The position numbers were made by a program, and so were the translations under genes. From assembly GCF_030684315.1 (NCBI RefSeq), contig NC_081355.1, positions 67,232,924 through 67,296,923 on the forward strand: a DNA stretch of 64,000 nt, in the 5' to 3' direction. The stretch's first letter is position 1; every line of letters starts with the position of its first letter. The notes under the pieces are model-generated. The model saw only the letters and a list, made by a program, of their open reading frames with translations. It did not search any database and was not told the DNA's origin. Positions 36,715-48,099 of this stretch are shown one piece after another. This DNA comes from Stegostoma tigrinum (Eukaryota).

Positions 36715-37052
36715 GTGATAATGGGAACTGCAGATGCTGGAGAATCCAAGATAACGAAGTGTGAGGCTGGATGAACACAGCAGGCCAAGCAGCATCTCAG
36801 GAGCACAAAAGCTGATGTTTCAGGCCTAGACCCTTCATCAGAGAGGGGGGTGGGGAGAGGGAACTGGAATAAATAGGGAGAGAGGGGGAGGCGGACCGAA
36901 TCTTCGGTCCGCCTCCCCCTCTCTCCCTATTTATTCCAGTTCCCTCTCCCCACCCCCCTCTCTGATGAAGGGTCTAGGCCTGAAACGTCAGCTTTTGTGC
37001 TCCTGAGATGCTGCTTGGTCTGCTGTGTTCATCCAGTTCCACACTTCGTTAT
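36715..37052 (-). mobile_element. PLE-terminus fold-back insertion (arms ~36750-36900 / 36903-37053, 2-nt loop) + tail; 16-bp TSD
   Basis: TSD CAGGGAGAGTGTTTCA at 36699-36714 and 37053-37068; hammerhead motif at 36962-36989 and in the mirror arm. Confidence 0.93.
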
Positions 37053-38369
37053 CAGGGAGAGTGTTTCATTCTGGAGCAAGGAGGCTTCAATGTCAAGCAA
37101 TTTGACATCCTGTAACAGGCAGCAGTACCGCACAAATCCAAACCATAGACCGGAAAGACATCTGTGGGCACTACATGCTACGTGAATTTAAGCATTCACC
37201 AGCTGTGTGGAGTATAAATCCTCTTCACCACAGAGTCTTGACCACATAATGTGGCATCAGGAATCAATGCCAATAAAGGCTGCAGTGCGGAAGCACTGTA
37301 TTGCAATCTGGAAAGATTCACCCTTATTTCTAAAGTAGCAGTCACCTTCCAGGATCTTGTAGCTTGCACGTGATGCAGAAACTGCTCGCTTTACACTTTG
37401 TGATGTCAAGCCATACAAGGCTATGATCCAAGAGCTGTAAAGTGGGATGAGATATAGAATAGACAGATCATTATTTTTGACCTTCATAGGCACCATGGGC
37501 TAAAGGTCCTTTTTACTGTGCTGTAAATCTTTACAACTCTGCATGAATAATCATTGCTTGACTGAGGCAGCAAGAAGTGAACAGTGAAATAGAATTGATG
37601 TGCCCTCAGGAGATGGAAAAATATTGGTGAGAGAAAACTGCATATTTCACAAAATGATGACTGGTGCAATGAGAGAGTCTTTCAACAGAACCTGCACAAA
37701 TGAATGGCTCTGTCAGCTTAGAAAGAGATATTGGTGGTGGAGTTGCCAAACTCTAGGAATCACTTTCACTCGCTAGGAGTTGGAGATTAATTTGCAATAT
37801 AGAAATCATCAAAACATTAAAAAAGAATTTCTTTAGAATCATTTTCTTTTTAACATTTCATAGATCAGATATCGAGTTACTAAAAATAAGAAAGAAAGGC
37901 TGCTTGGATGACTGTCAAAAATCTTCCAATTGTGGCACGGGTCTTTTTTTCATCTTCCGATTGGCATGGGAACGCAGTGTGTCCATGAGGTGGGTGTTTT
38001 AGCTGAAGACTGACTACAGCCTGCAGGCAAATCATATGATCAAACCTCCAGGAATAATTTAATCACAGATGTCAACTCTAGTTCATGGTCAAATATTCTG
38101 AAGTTTGATACTTCCAATTCTGCAGGGTACAAAACATTTAACTGTGACACACAACTGATTGTAAGCAATGAAGCACTGATATCCTAAAGATTTCCTTCAA
38201 TTTACTTTGGTATTTCATTCCCTACAAATGTTGTATATGCAGAAAACAGTAGGAGGAAGCTTAATGGACCAAATGATCATTCTACATTTTATACTTTAAA
38301 ATTACAACAGCTGGACACTGAACAGAAGCAAACTAAAATTCTGAGATCATATAAAAATAACAAGCTCTT

Positions 38370-38640
38370 ATATTTAAATCACAAGATTTAATGCAAAAAC
38401 TTAGATAGTTTTAACTTAATAAGGAGATAGAGTAGATAAGGTGAAACTGTTTCTGTTGATGGAATGTCAAGAATCAGAAACACTAATTTAGGGTTCTGAA
38501 GAAGGGTCACTGGACACAAAATGTTACCTTTGATTTCTGTTCACAGATGCAGTCATACTTGCTGAGCTTTTCCAGCAATTTCTGTCTTTGTTACCAATTT
38601 AAGATGCTTACCAAAAGAGTAGAATAGGATAATTATCTGG
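38370..38640 (+). mobile_element. Old CR1 3' remnant carrying an inserted old PLE/hammerhead fragment (~38492-38592)
   Basis: CR1-like flanks; insert GTTCTGAAGAAGGGTCACTGGACACAAAATGTTACC...; imperfect TSD AC(T/C)AATTTA(G/A)G. Confidence 0.6.
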
Positions 38641-39183
38641 GGAGAGGAGTTGAGCTTAATGCTGCTATTTACTCATGCAGACAGACATAAAATACATCCT
38701 GATTGTACTGTTATAATTGATTTTCTTACAAAAAGAGGTAGAAATACATAATCTATATAAAAAAATCTTAGAAATTCACCAAATAACATTGGTGATAAAT
38801 TGCAGAGCAAACAATTTATAAACAGGCTCCTGTACAGCAGGTTATGGAATAGATTAGACTTTGATATTAAACATTGCCTCAGTTCTTTAACTTGATTATG
38901 TAATACATGTGACTCTGAATGGACACTGAAAGCTTTATTTATCAAAATAACGTCATTTATTAATCAGACAGACTATTATAAACATGTTATATATTTGCTC
39001 ACGTGTTTATTGAATGTTGAATCATGTTTATTACCTGCTGTGAGTCTAGTTACCTCCCAATAATTGAAACTCGTCAAAAAAATTTTACCTAAAATTATTT
39101 CCTGTTAGTAAAGATATGGGCCTATGTGCAATCATAAAAGATGCAATATTGTAATTTACATAAAGTATAACTAACCAGCAATG

Positions 39184-40553
39184 CACCAACACCTTCCACC
39201 CATACCTCAAGTTCACCTGGACCATCTCCAACACATCCCTCACCTTCCTGGACCTCTCTGTCTCCATCTCAGGCAACCATACAGAAACCGATGTCCATTT
39301 CAAGCCCACCGACTCCCACCGCGACCTAGAATACGTCTCCTCCCAACTACCTTCCTGCAAAAATTCCAACCCCTATTCCCAATTCCTTCGCCTCCACTAC
39401 ATCTGCTCCCAGGATGAGGTATTCCACTCCCAAAGATCCCAGATGTCCTCATTCTTCAAGGGCCGCAACTTCATCCCCGCAGTGTTCGGGAACGCCCTCG
39501 ACTGTGTCTCCCGCATTTCCCACAACTCATCCCTCAGACCCTGCCCCCGCAATAACTGCCAAAACAGAATCCCCCTCGTCCTCACATACCACCCCACCAA
39601 CCTCCAGATACAACACATCATCCTCCGACACTTCCACCATCTACAATCCGACCCCACCACCAAAGACATTTTTCCATCCCCACCGTTGTCTGCCTTCCGG
39701 AAAGACCACTCTCTCTGTGACTCCCTTGTCTGGTCCACACTCCCCTCAAACCCCACCACACCTGGCACTTTCCCCTGCAACTGCAGGAAGTGCTACACTT
39801 GCACCCACACCTCCTCCCTCACCCCCATCCCAGGCCCCAAGAAGACTTTCCACATCAAGCAGATGTTCACCTGCACATCTGCCAATGTGGTATACTGCAT
39901 CCACTGTACCCGTTGTGGCCTCCTCTACGTTGGGAAACCAAGCGGAGGCTTGGGGATTACTTTGCAGAACACCTCCGCTCGGTTCACAATAAACAACTGC
40001 ACCTTCCAGTCGCGAACCATTTCAACTCCCCCTCCCATTCCTTAGACCTGCCCATCCTGGGCCTCCTGCAGTGCCACAACGATGTTGCCCAAAGGTTGCA
40101 GGAGCAGCAACTCATATTCCGCTTGGGAACCCTGCAGCCCAGTGGTATCAATGTGGACTTCACCAGCTTCAAAATCTCCCCTCCCCCTACAGCATCCCAA
40201 AATTAGCCCAGCTCATCCCCGCCTCCCTAACCTGTTCTCCCTCTCACCCATCCCCTCCTCCCACCTCAAGCCGCACCTCCATTTCCTAACTACGAACCTC
40301 ATCCCGCCCCCCTGACCTGTCCATCCTCCATAGGCTGACCTATCCCCTCCCCACCTCCCCACCTATACTCTCCTCTCCACCTATCTTCTCCTCTATCCAT
40401 CTTTGATCTGCCTCCCCCTCTCTCCCTATTTATTTCAGAACCCTCCCCCCATCCCCCTCTCTGATGAAGGGTCTAGTCCCGAAACGTCAGCTTTTGTGCT
40501 CCTGAGATGCTGCTTGGCCTGCTGTGTTCATCCAGCTCCACACTTTGTTATCT
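39184..40553 (+). mobile_element. Penelope-like element 3' part (RT thumb, GIY-YIG, pLTR), frameshifted
   Basis: High similarity to 31283-32830; YCIHCTRCGLLYVG / ETKRRLGDYFAEH; hammerhead at 40461-40488. Confidence 0.95.
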
Positions 40554-41514
40554 AAGATTTAGAACTACAAAGTTTTAGATAAAAATTGATCAATAGCAGA
40601 TTAATTTTATGAGACTAACTCTACAGTATTTCACCCGAGGAACAAAAAAGAGTTTTTTTGAATGGTTTTGAAACTTTTAAGGATGAAGTGACGGAAATCT
40701 AAACATAAGCATCAGTGTTCAGCCAATCCTGTCACTTCAAAGAAACAACCAATGTAACCCACAGAATATTTACCGTTGTTACTAAAACTAGATAGCAAGG
40801 AGCTCAAAATCCTGAAGTTTTGACTGACTAAAATCAATGTTGTGGTTTTGAAGTAGATGTATGGTATTTGGGGTTTAATTTGGACTTGTTGTAAAACACT
40901 GAATACAATTCTGTTTAAACTGAATGCTGACAGAAACAATTCCCACTGTAAAAGTGGTACTTAACTACAACTGTCAGGACAATGAAAACAAAAACAGTGC
41001 TAAAATTCTAACTTACTTCACGTTTCCTGCATGATTGGTTAAATCAAGGAATGGCTGCATCCTCAGAATTGAATTTCCACAAACTCTGGCTGAATTGCCA
41101 CCTTACAGTGTTGATCAGCTCATGCATGGTAGCTGTTTTCACTGGTAATTTCAGATAGTATTTTGCAGCCCAGTTGTGTGCCCTGATGGCTGTAATAAAC
41201 TCAAGCCTGAAGTACAGGTCAAACTGCCAGCACTCCAAATACTCAAATCATTTGTAACTGCGCCTACAATAAGTTGCCTGTCCAGAGCAATAAAGATATT
41301 TTGGGAGGAGGAGTTACTGGAATAGGCTTCTAATTTATAAGAATGAGATCACATGCTATTAAGAAGTTGTAGGAAAGTGTGAGGCACCGACAGATTTATT
41401 TGGAGCAGAGTAGGAAGCGGTAATTAGCATCTCAAGAAACTCGTGAGGTATATAGATATGGAATGGTTATGGCAAACAATCTGTTTCTGTGCTATAGATT
41501 TAGTGAGCAAACAA

Positions 41515-41830
41515 AGATTTGCATTTATGTAGTATTTTTCACACCCACAACTTGTCTCAAAGTGACTTCTTCATTGATCTATTCGCTGTCATGAAACTGC
41601 AGCAAGCAGTTTGCACACAGCAAACTCTCACTAACAACAATCTGATAATGAACAGATGATCTGTTTGAAATTTTTTGACTGAGGGATAAATGGTGGGATA
41701 AATGGACAAAGGGCATAAGAATCTTCTCCAAAATAGTGCAGTTGGATTGGTGATATCCACCCAACAGGTAGATGTGGCTTTGATTTACTGTCACATTTGT
41801 AAGACAATGGCCTGGCTACGCCAATGTTCA
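41515..41830 (-). mobile_element. DeuSINE-like (SacSINE1/AmnSINE1-type) old SINE
   Basis: TTGCACACAGCAAACTCTCACTAACAACAAT...GAGGGATAAAT...TCTTCTCCAAAATAGTGC...GATATCCACCC resembles the Deu-domain family in reverse. Confidence 0.6.
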
Positions 41831-43744
41831 GACAGCTGGAACAGTACAGAATGTAATTGCATGTAAGGGATCCCTCAGAATCCCAGACTCAGCAAAAGTT
41901 GCCCATTCTCATGGCCCATTCCATTGAGTCTGGAACCGTCAAAAAACTGTAACATCACAGACATCAAAAAGTTCAACTTTCATTAATAGTTACCCAGGAA
42001 AGATTAAACAATTAATAACCTTGTCTAATCTCTAGGTAACGAATATGTTGACAATCAACGTAACATACATTCCCCAACCAAACCTCCCTTTACCCAGGGC
42101 ACCTCTAAGACCATTAACAACAACACCACACTGCTCCCCCTCCAGATTAGAAACCCCTACAGATTACGATTGCAACCCTAAGGAGCATCACTCATTCCAC
42201 CACCACGAACCCCCAAGGATCTGACAATGTCCCCCTGCTGAATGCCAGCCTGGATACTTTACTCATACCCCAGCTTGAATCCTTGGACCTGGCACCAAAC
42301 CCCACCCTCAACATCTCAGCACCAACATGAACCTCTGGGACACAACGCCCCTCCTGCTGATGTTCCCTACATACCCGCAGCTGTAGCTGACATTGACATA
42401 CTGAGCCCTAGTGCTAGCCCAAATTCTCCATTACCTACCTAGTAACCCACCTGCCTGTCAGGTGGTTTAACTGGCCCTCAATGTATTCGACACCCTACCA
42501 ACCGAGCACCCTGCTTATCTGGAAACTCGTGTGTTACTTACATAGCCCCCTAAATACTTAACATAATGCCCCACTAATTCCAAATGCACCTTACATGTTC
42601 ACCTTTTCACAGCAGCTTTCAAAGTGTCTGCTCATGCTGCTAGAACATTGAAGTCTCACAATCGGCTCTCGTTTGACCACCCTTGAGTATTCTGCACAAT
42701 AGGGGATCAATAGGGGTTGATTTCAGTTATATTCCACATTTCCAAAGGAGCTAAGACCAGAATTCCTTGATGGAAATGTAGAGCTCGGTCATAATGGAAT
42801 AACATAAGAATGGAGTGGTACTCCAGTGGCGATTGCCAGCCATTTGAATATTAGAGCCATCATCTCAGAGGCAGTCCTCCAATACACTTGTCAGCCTTGG
42901 AATTGAATTTTAAATCAAAACCTTCTGAATCAAAGGTGAGACTGTGAGTTTGGCATTGCTGGCAGTATCTTTCCTTAGCTGTGCTGCCAGGAATTGATTC
43001 AACAAGTTACTTTTTAACACAATCTAACAAAACTTTCTTTTTACCATTTTTTTCTCATGACACATTATAGTGCAAAATCTTTAAAGGCATTCCAGTATGT
43101 CCTTTAACATTTAAACAGAACTGGAGTGATAGGAAGTAGAAATTATTGAGGCACCAAAAGAAAAAGCATACAATTAGGAGTTACCCTACCATCAGCGATG
43201 AAGAACTACAATATTCCCTCGGGAAGCTATCAGAAGATATCTGCTAAAGCAAACAGTGATTTACTGAGTAGGCATAAAAGGAACGACAGCCACAAAAATG
43301 TGCTTCTAAATCATTTCTGGCTTTGGTGCTTTCGATGCCATTTTGGCACAAAATTATAATTCACTATGGATCTTCACAAAGGTGGTGAACCTTTCTGTTA
43401 GCTGGTAAATGTGGGTGGAAGCATAAATCTGGGAGTCCCAACCCTGAATAAATTTTGTTCAACATTACAATTTTCTAAGAATGTGGGAAATTAGGGGCTG
43501 ATTCTAATTTTCACATCCATGGTTATTAGAGCCAACAGCACATGTTAAGATACTGCCTCTCACTCATGTGTTTCTTTGCTAATGAGCTATTTAAAACATG
43601 ACTTGTGCACCTTAGACCTAATAGACAAAATTCTAAAGGTGCTGAGATTCTTTGGCAAGGTAGGGCAGCATTTCAGAGAGATCATCCCTCATCACAGTAC
43701 ATTGTCGGGGAAGTCATAAAATCCCCTAAAGTTGATGGTAAACC

Positions 43745-44022
43745 ACTTTGAATGTGGAAGCAGGCCATTCAGCCCAATGTGTCTACACTGACCCTCTGAA
43801 GGCATCCCCCACAGACACACTGCTCTACCTTAGCATTCCCATGGCTAATCCACTTAATCTGCACATTTTTAGAGTATGGGAGCAAACTGGAGCACCCAGC
43901 AGATATCAATGTAGATGTGGGGAGAATGTACAAACTCCACAAAGTTGCCCAAAGGTGGAATTGAACACGGGTCCCTTGTGCTGTAAGGTAGCAGTGCTAA
44001 GCACTGAACCACAATGCCGCCC
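43745..44022 (-). mobile_element. HE1-type SINE (older)
   Basis: Head and V-core on the minus strand. Confidence 0.85.
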
Positions 44023-44609
44023 CCTATGTACAATGAGACATTCATAATACTGCAACAATTTGTTCAATTAACATGTGAAGTAGGCATCATTGGCAAGGTC
44101 AACATTTGTTGTCCAGTCCTAATTGTCCCTGAACCACATGACCTGCCAGGCCATTTCAGAGGGTGGTTAAGAGTCAAATACTTTATTGTGGAGTTGGGGT
44201 TACACAAGTCAGATGCCTTTTGAAAATGTTAAATGTAGGTATAAACATGCATTCAGAAAACATGAGCACACTGGAACTGTCAAGCCACTAGAATTGTTAA
44301 GTGAGCTATCAACAATGCTGTTGAACAGAATTGTCAAGTGGAGCCAGGAAAGGGAGCTATTGCAGGGGTCTGTTGAAAGGAACTGTTATCAGTTATCAAA
44401 GATACCTGTAAACACATTAAAAACTCCAGTTGTTTAATTATTTGGTAAGACTGTGTGTAGAGTTTACAAAATGGTGCTTGCTATTGCACTGTCTACTTAT
44501 GTAAGCCTGAGGGTCATTATGGCAGGATTGCTGTCTCATGACTGATTTCACAGCCTTTCAACATCACAGCGGGGAGCCTGTCAATTTCATTGTCAGTTCC
44601 AAGCCTTCT

Positions 44610-44975
44610 TTTCTTTCATAAGAAGTGAGCATCATTGACAAGGTCAATTTTTGTTGTCCAGTCCTAATTATCCTGAAATGAGCATCCTGCCAGACTTTTC
44701 AGAGGACAGTTAAGAGTCAACCACAGTATTGATCAGCCAATATGAAGGTTTCCTTCTGTTGACGACATTACTACCGAAGATACTTTTTAAAAAATTGTTA
44801 TAATAATCAATGATCTTGGTCATCACTGATTACTTTCTTTAATCTCCAAATTTTATACATTGAATTTAATTTGTACTATCTGCTATGGTGGGATTTAAAG
44901 CCATATCCCTATAACATTGGCCTGGGTTACTAATTTACTCGTCTAGTGAAATTACCAGTACACCATCCTTTCCTC
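44610..44975 (-). mobile_element. tRNA-derived SINE (same family as 8052-8382)
   Basis: CAGTTAAGAGTCAACCACA and ...ACTCGTCTAGTGAAATTACCAGTACACC head on minus. Confidence 0.7.
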
Positions 44976-45199
44976 CACGTGGTTTACCGCCATGAGACAA
45001 TGAATTCCAATGATTATTTTTATATTTGTTTAAAGAAATTTCAATATATAAGCCATATCCCTATAACATTGGCCTGTGTTACTAATTTACTCGTCTAGTG
45101 ATATTACCAGTACACCATCCTTTCCTCCATGTGGTTTACCGCCATGAGACAATGAATTCCAATGATTATTTTTATATTTGTTTAAAGAAATTTAAATAT
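44898..45199. repeat. 152-bp tandem duplication (2 copies)
   Basis: 44898-45049 vs 45050-45199, only a few substitutions. Confidence 0.95.
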
Positions 45200-46704
45200 G
45201 TTGACCAGGATTTTATTGAGAGTAGATTTTAATAAAAATAGTGAGTTCATCATCATACACTGAAGAACTTTGGTCCTGAGATCACGGCATGGTAGATTCT
45301 AGGCATATTGGTACGGTAAGTAAAAAATCTTCTGTTATTGCAAGGTCACTGGCTGGAATTCCAATCCAGCGCTCATCTTGTAGAACTGAAAATGGGAAGA
45401 ACAGATGTTCATTTTAAAGTTTGGCTTTGTGGAACCAGACTTTTTCTACATTAATGCGCCTGACCTGAACAAAAATTGAGACCATTGATTTTATCCCATC
45501 TTACTGTTTCTGTTATCAAGTTAGTTTCACATTATGACTCAGTGCTATTCTCTGTTATCATCTTGGAATCTGCCAGAGGGTGCAACAAGCTGCAATTTTG
45601 ATTAATAGAAAAATCACAAGTTATGTGATCTTGTAATGACTTTCCAAGAGTACGATCCTTTCATTGAATCACAGAAATGTGAAACTGCTGCTAAAGTATG
45701 ATTAGTAATGGATTTTGAAACAGTATAGTTCTTTTCTAATTAGGCTAAATGGATGAATAACCTTCTTGATCTCTACTAGTCTTGTGAATTATTTTCTCAA
45801 AAATGTGTTTCTTTAAAATCCATGATAGAAGTCAACTTGGCTGGTTTTAAGCATTCATCTATTACTTTTGCTGCAACATTAGCCACATGCACCAGTTCCA
45901 TGGGCCTGGGCTAGAAATTGATTTCTGCCCCTGGTCCTGAGTGAGACCAGCTCTAGAATGCTGTGTGCAGTATTAATCCTCTTATTTAAATAAGGAAATA
46001 AATAAGTAGTAATTGCAATTGATTGAGAACATTTACTACACTGCAATTTGTAAGGTGTGAGTTGTCTTAAGTGAAGAGATTGGATAGTCTATGTTTGTAT
46101 TCACTGGATTCAGCACAGCAAGAGGCAATTTGATTGAATACATTTTATTCTTCAGTAGTGGTCTTGTAAGATGGAAGAGCAGGATCAAGTAGCCTAATGA
46201 CCTACACTGGCTCTGAATTTGCATGCACATATGATCGTTTTTGTGGAATTTACATTAATTACAAATACTCTAAACAATCTAGACCAAGAAATAAGAAATA
46301 AGATCTTGGTAGTGTTTAATTTTCTCACCCATAAAACATATGGGAACTCACATAAAGTTTCATGAACTTCACAGAGTGAAATTTGTCTGTTTCAAATCTT
46401 GATACAACAGTTAACCAGAAGTGAGCATTTCCAGTTGATTATTGAAAACACAAGGCCCACATTGTTCAATAATCTGGTAACCATTAAGATTGTGAAAAAT
46501 TGCTACTGATGCAGACATTGGGAGATAGCTATGAGTAGTTCTTGCTTTCAGTGGCGGGAGTGGTGAGGACAAGAGCCAAGGTGCTGTCAGGAAGGTAAGG
46601 CTTTTTCTGTATAAGGATGTACCTTGTGCAGTAGTGGCCTTCTTGCTTTCAGCGGCGGGGGTGTGTACAAAAAGCGAGCCAGGAAGGAACTAATATATTC
46701 GGGC

Positions 46705-46888
46705 TAGAGATAATGGGAACTGCAAATGCTGGAGAATCCAAGATAATAAAGTGTGAAGCTGGATGAACACAGCAGGCCAAGCAGCATCTCAGGAGCACTG
46801 ATGAAAGGTCTAGGCACGATACGTCAGCTTTTGTGCTCCTGAGATGCTGCTTGGCCTGCTGTGTTCATCCAGCTTCACACTTTATTAT
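46705..46888 (-). mobile_element. PLE-terminus fold-back insertion (arms ~46741-46798 / 46833-46890; loop is the hammerhead core) + tail; 15-bp TSD
   Basis: TSD CTAATATATT(C/T)GGGC at 46690-46704 and 46889-46903, inside the putative CR1 5' UTR. Confidence 0.9.
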
Positions 46889-47036
46889 CTAATATATTTG
46901 GGCATTGTCTAAATCCAAAACACTACACGTGTAGTGTCTCCCACACATCCTCCTCCTCAAATCAAAAAAAGGCTGTGTGGAGGGGCGCTAAGGTCAGGCT
47001 TTTTTTTTATTCCTGTGGAAATCTAGAGCAGAGGGA

Positions 47037-47950
47037 ATGGAAGCTAAGGCGGTTGCATGCTCCTGTTGTAGGATATGGGAGGTAAGGGTCATGACTAGTG
47101 TCCCTTCTGACTTCACCTGCGAGAAGTGCACCCAACTCCAGCTCCTCACAAACCGCTTTAGGGAACTGGAGCTACAGCTGGATGAACTCCGGAACATTCT
47201 GGAGGCTGAGGAGGTGATAGAGAGGAGTTATAAGGAGGTGGTCACACCCGAGGTACTGGAGAAAAGGTAGCTGGCTGACTGTCAGGAGGGGTAAAAGGAA
47301 TAGGCAGACAGTGCGGGGATCCCCTGTGGCTGTTCCCCTCAATAATATGTATACCCTTTTAGATACTGTTGGGGAGGACATCCTACCAGGGGAAGGCCAT
47401 AGTGGACAGGTCTCTGGCACTGAGTCTGGCTCTGTGGCACAGAAGGGAATGGAGGAGAATAGGAGAGCAGTTGTAGTGGGGGATTCAATAGTTAGAGGCA
47501 CAAACAGGTGGTTCTGTGAACGCGAACGAGACGAGTGGATGGTATGTTGCCTCCCAGGTGCCAGGTTCCACGATGTCTTAGATCATATCTTCAAGATCTT
47601 TAAGGGATAGGGTGAGCAGCCAGCAGTCATGATACACATTGGTACCAGTGACCTAGGTAGAAAAAGAACTGAGAATGTGAAAAACGAGTACAGGGAGTTA
47701 GATTGGAAGCTGAAGTCCAGGACAAACAGGGTAGTTATCTCTGGATTACTACCAGTGCCAGGTGATAATGAGGTAAGAAATAGGGAGAGAGTGCACCTAA
47801 ACACATGGCTACAGGGCTGCTGTAGGATGGAGGGCTTCCACTATATGGATAATTGGAGCACGTTCTGGGGAAGGTGGGACCTGTACAGTAAGGACGAGTT
47901 GCACCTGAGCTGGAAAGGCACAAATATCCTGGGAGGGAGGTTTGCTTGAG
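47037..47950 (+). pseudogene. CR1 ORF1: zinc finger, coiled coil, SGNH/GDSL esterase
   Basis: CSCC..W...FTCEKC, LQLL...ELELQLDEL, VVVGDSIVR, CLPGAR, IHIGTSD, DELHL; broken by stops and frameshifts. Confidence 0.9.
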
Positions 47951-48099
47951 CTATACGGGATGGTTTAAACTAGATTGGCAGGGGGTGGGGAACTGGATTT
48001 GTAATTCAGAGGATGAAGCATTCAGCCTTCCAACAGACACTACAAGGAATGAGGTTGTTAACAAAGAAGTGTGGTCGATTGAGCGTAATTGTGGACATA

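Noticed and set aside
46928-46940. GTGTAGTGTCT resembling the U2 snRNA branch-pairing region
   Set aside because: Only ~11 nt similar, with no flanking U2 sequence; explained by the local palindrome.
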